NCBI GenBank assembly: GCA_977016875.1
Contig: CDRNST010000122.1
Coordinates: 2,480,001 to 2,544,000 of the forward strand
DNA: 64,000 nt
Source: Pavona decussata
Lineage: Eukaryota
Reading direction: 5' to 3'
Below the pieces are notes generated by a model that saw only the letters and a program-made list of their open reading frames with translations, was not told the DNA's origin and made no database searches. Within the stretch, counting starts at the first letter, position 1. Each line of letters begins with the position of its first letter. Below, in pieces: positions 62,311 to 64,000 of the stretch. The position numbers and the translations under genes were made by a program.

Positions 62311-64000
62311 AGTTTTGTAACAATGGTTTTCTCTCGATTATCAAAGTTTTAGTGCGTACTTTGCAACTAAAAATCCTTTTAACCGTTTTCCCAGTGTCAA
62401 GAAGATGGAACGGAAACCTTTGGGAATGAAGTACGGTTTTCATTAAATTATAACGATGTCGATGTGTGTTACAAATTCATTTGGCATATTTTACATTTTA
62501 AATGGCCATTGAATGCGGTGTCACAACAAACCTGTCAGAATTTCATATGCCGCGAGTAACGTGCAAAAAGATCATCTGGATCGGCACAGAGAAACAAAAA
62601 AGAGATTGTGAAAGGTATATTTTTTAAGGCTAGTCATTACGTCGATTTTTTGAGCACACGTGTTGCTGATAGTACCTCACATCTGTTAGTGCAAGAACTT
62701 ATTTTAATTCTAGAGTGGAATACCGACACGCATGATCGCTGAAACGAGTTCACCAGTGGCTTTCGATTCTACTTAAATTTCCTCATGCTTTTATTTGTTC
62801 TGAACGAGGAAGTATTCCTAGGCGACATGCCGTCTACTGCCGCTTTCAGCCGCTAAATATTTCGTCATAGTACTTTTCTGACATAAATTGGTTCACGTTT
62901 TTAACCTGCCTTTTCAGGAAACTTTTAGTACAAACATTTTGTTCTCGTTATTTTAAGCATCGGAAACAGATTTTTGGGCAAGGAAACTGCATACTCCTCT
63001 ATCAGTTTTTTTTCACTGGAAAATGCTGGTTGAAAAGATGACGTTGCTACATTAAAGATGCTTCAGTCGTGACATGTAGAACACTAGTTCGTTCAGTGCA
63101 AAAAGGTAGCCTGATTAATTCGCTTGCCTGATGAGTGGTTTTCGGCCTCGATGAATTTTAACTCGCCTAGAATTCGTTAGCGTTAAACCGGTTGCCTGCA
63201 GTGATTCCAACCAGGGAGAGATGAATCCGGAAAAAAACAAGTCAAGGAGGTGGGATTGAAAACACTAAACAGTTTTTCCAACTGGCTCTGTTTCTCATCC
63301 GAACTTTTATCTTCTTTTCTTCGTGTGATAAAGGAAATCGTTCCGGTAAGGCGGAAGGGGGGGGGGGGGGGGTGTACTCTCTTATCAAGTATAAGTGTAG
63401 CCACGAAGGGAATGGGTTTTGAAAATGGTATAGATTTTGACCATTACGCTCCAAAGTCTAAAACGATAGGTATCAAAATAAGTATGGATTTTAGAGACCA
63501 GGTATGCCAAAAAAACGATGTTGGAAAATTTCAGAATTAGGTAAAAAAAATTGGTTCAAAATAGAGAGAAAAGGATGGCATATCCCTACCAAAAATTCCA
63601 TAGATCTCCTACTCTCTCCCTCGCCATCATTCTACTTACTAGTACTAATATTTCAGTTCCTTGTTTGGTGAAAGCTATTTCTGTACGTTTCAGCACGAAC
63701 GACACGTTCACTGTGACCCATGAACCGGTTTAAGCAACAGAGGAAGCATTCAGTCTGCTACCTAAACACGCTTACTCTTCATGTTACGACTTGATAGAGA
63801 TAAAGTGATCCACGTGACATTATCCTTTAAGACTTAGTCAGTCCAAAACCAAAGACCATAGCATACAAACTGCGCGAGCGATCTCTAAAGAAAGGACAAT
63901 TAAGAGTTGATTGTGTAACCTGATTTATTTAACTTACAGAAGGTCTGCTCTGTCTTTTTCGGGATTAAAAAAAAAATGAAGTTTTGAGGACCTTTTCGTT

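Overview
Eukaryotic, intron-rich, AT-rich animal genomic DNA. The repeat content and gene divergence suggest an anthozoan cnidarian, probably a stony coral; this is an inference. By reading splice sites by hand I reconstructed five complete multi-exon genes, each with frame-consistent exon phases: MEF2 (+, 8 coding exons, 485 aa), a WASP-family Arp2/3 activator (-, 12 exons, 588 aa), a COUP-TF/NR2F nuclear receptor (+, 3 exons, 448 aa) and two head-to-head synaptotagmin-like genes (-, 429 aa; +, 405 aa). Also present are the first exon of a probable third synaptotagmin paralog, a deleted relic of the 3' end of a fourth, a frameshifted orphan Bcl-2-family exon, a 13-unit 32-bp minisatellite, many short MITE-like or palindromic repeats, microsatellites and two assembly gaps. 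There is no CRISPR array, rRNA or intact tRNA. Best leads: (1) the WASP has WH1, basic, polyproline and WH2-C-A regions but no CRIB/GBD; a (QQM)n tract and a basic plus amphipathic motif occupy that part of the protein. (2) MEF2 appears to carry hidden alternative C-termini and has Asp at the phospho-Ser position of its SUMO motif. (3) MEF2 and COUP-TF are tightly linked, echoing vertebrate paralogons. (4) The synaptotagmins form a birth-and-death cluster with degenerate Ca2+ sites. (5) The minisatellite is a phased array of PAR-bZIP/D-box palindromes. None of these is shown to be novel without database searches.
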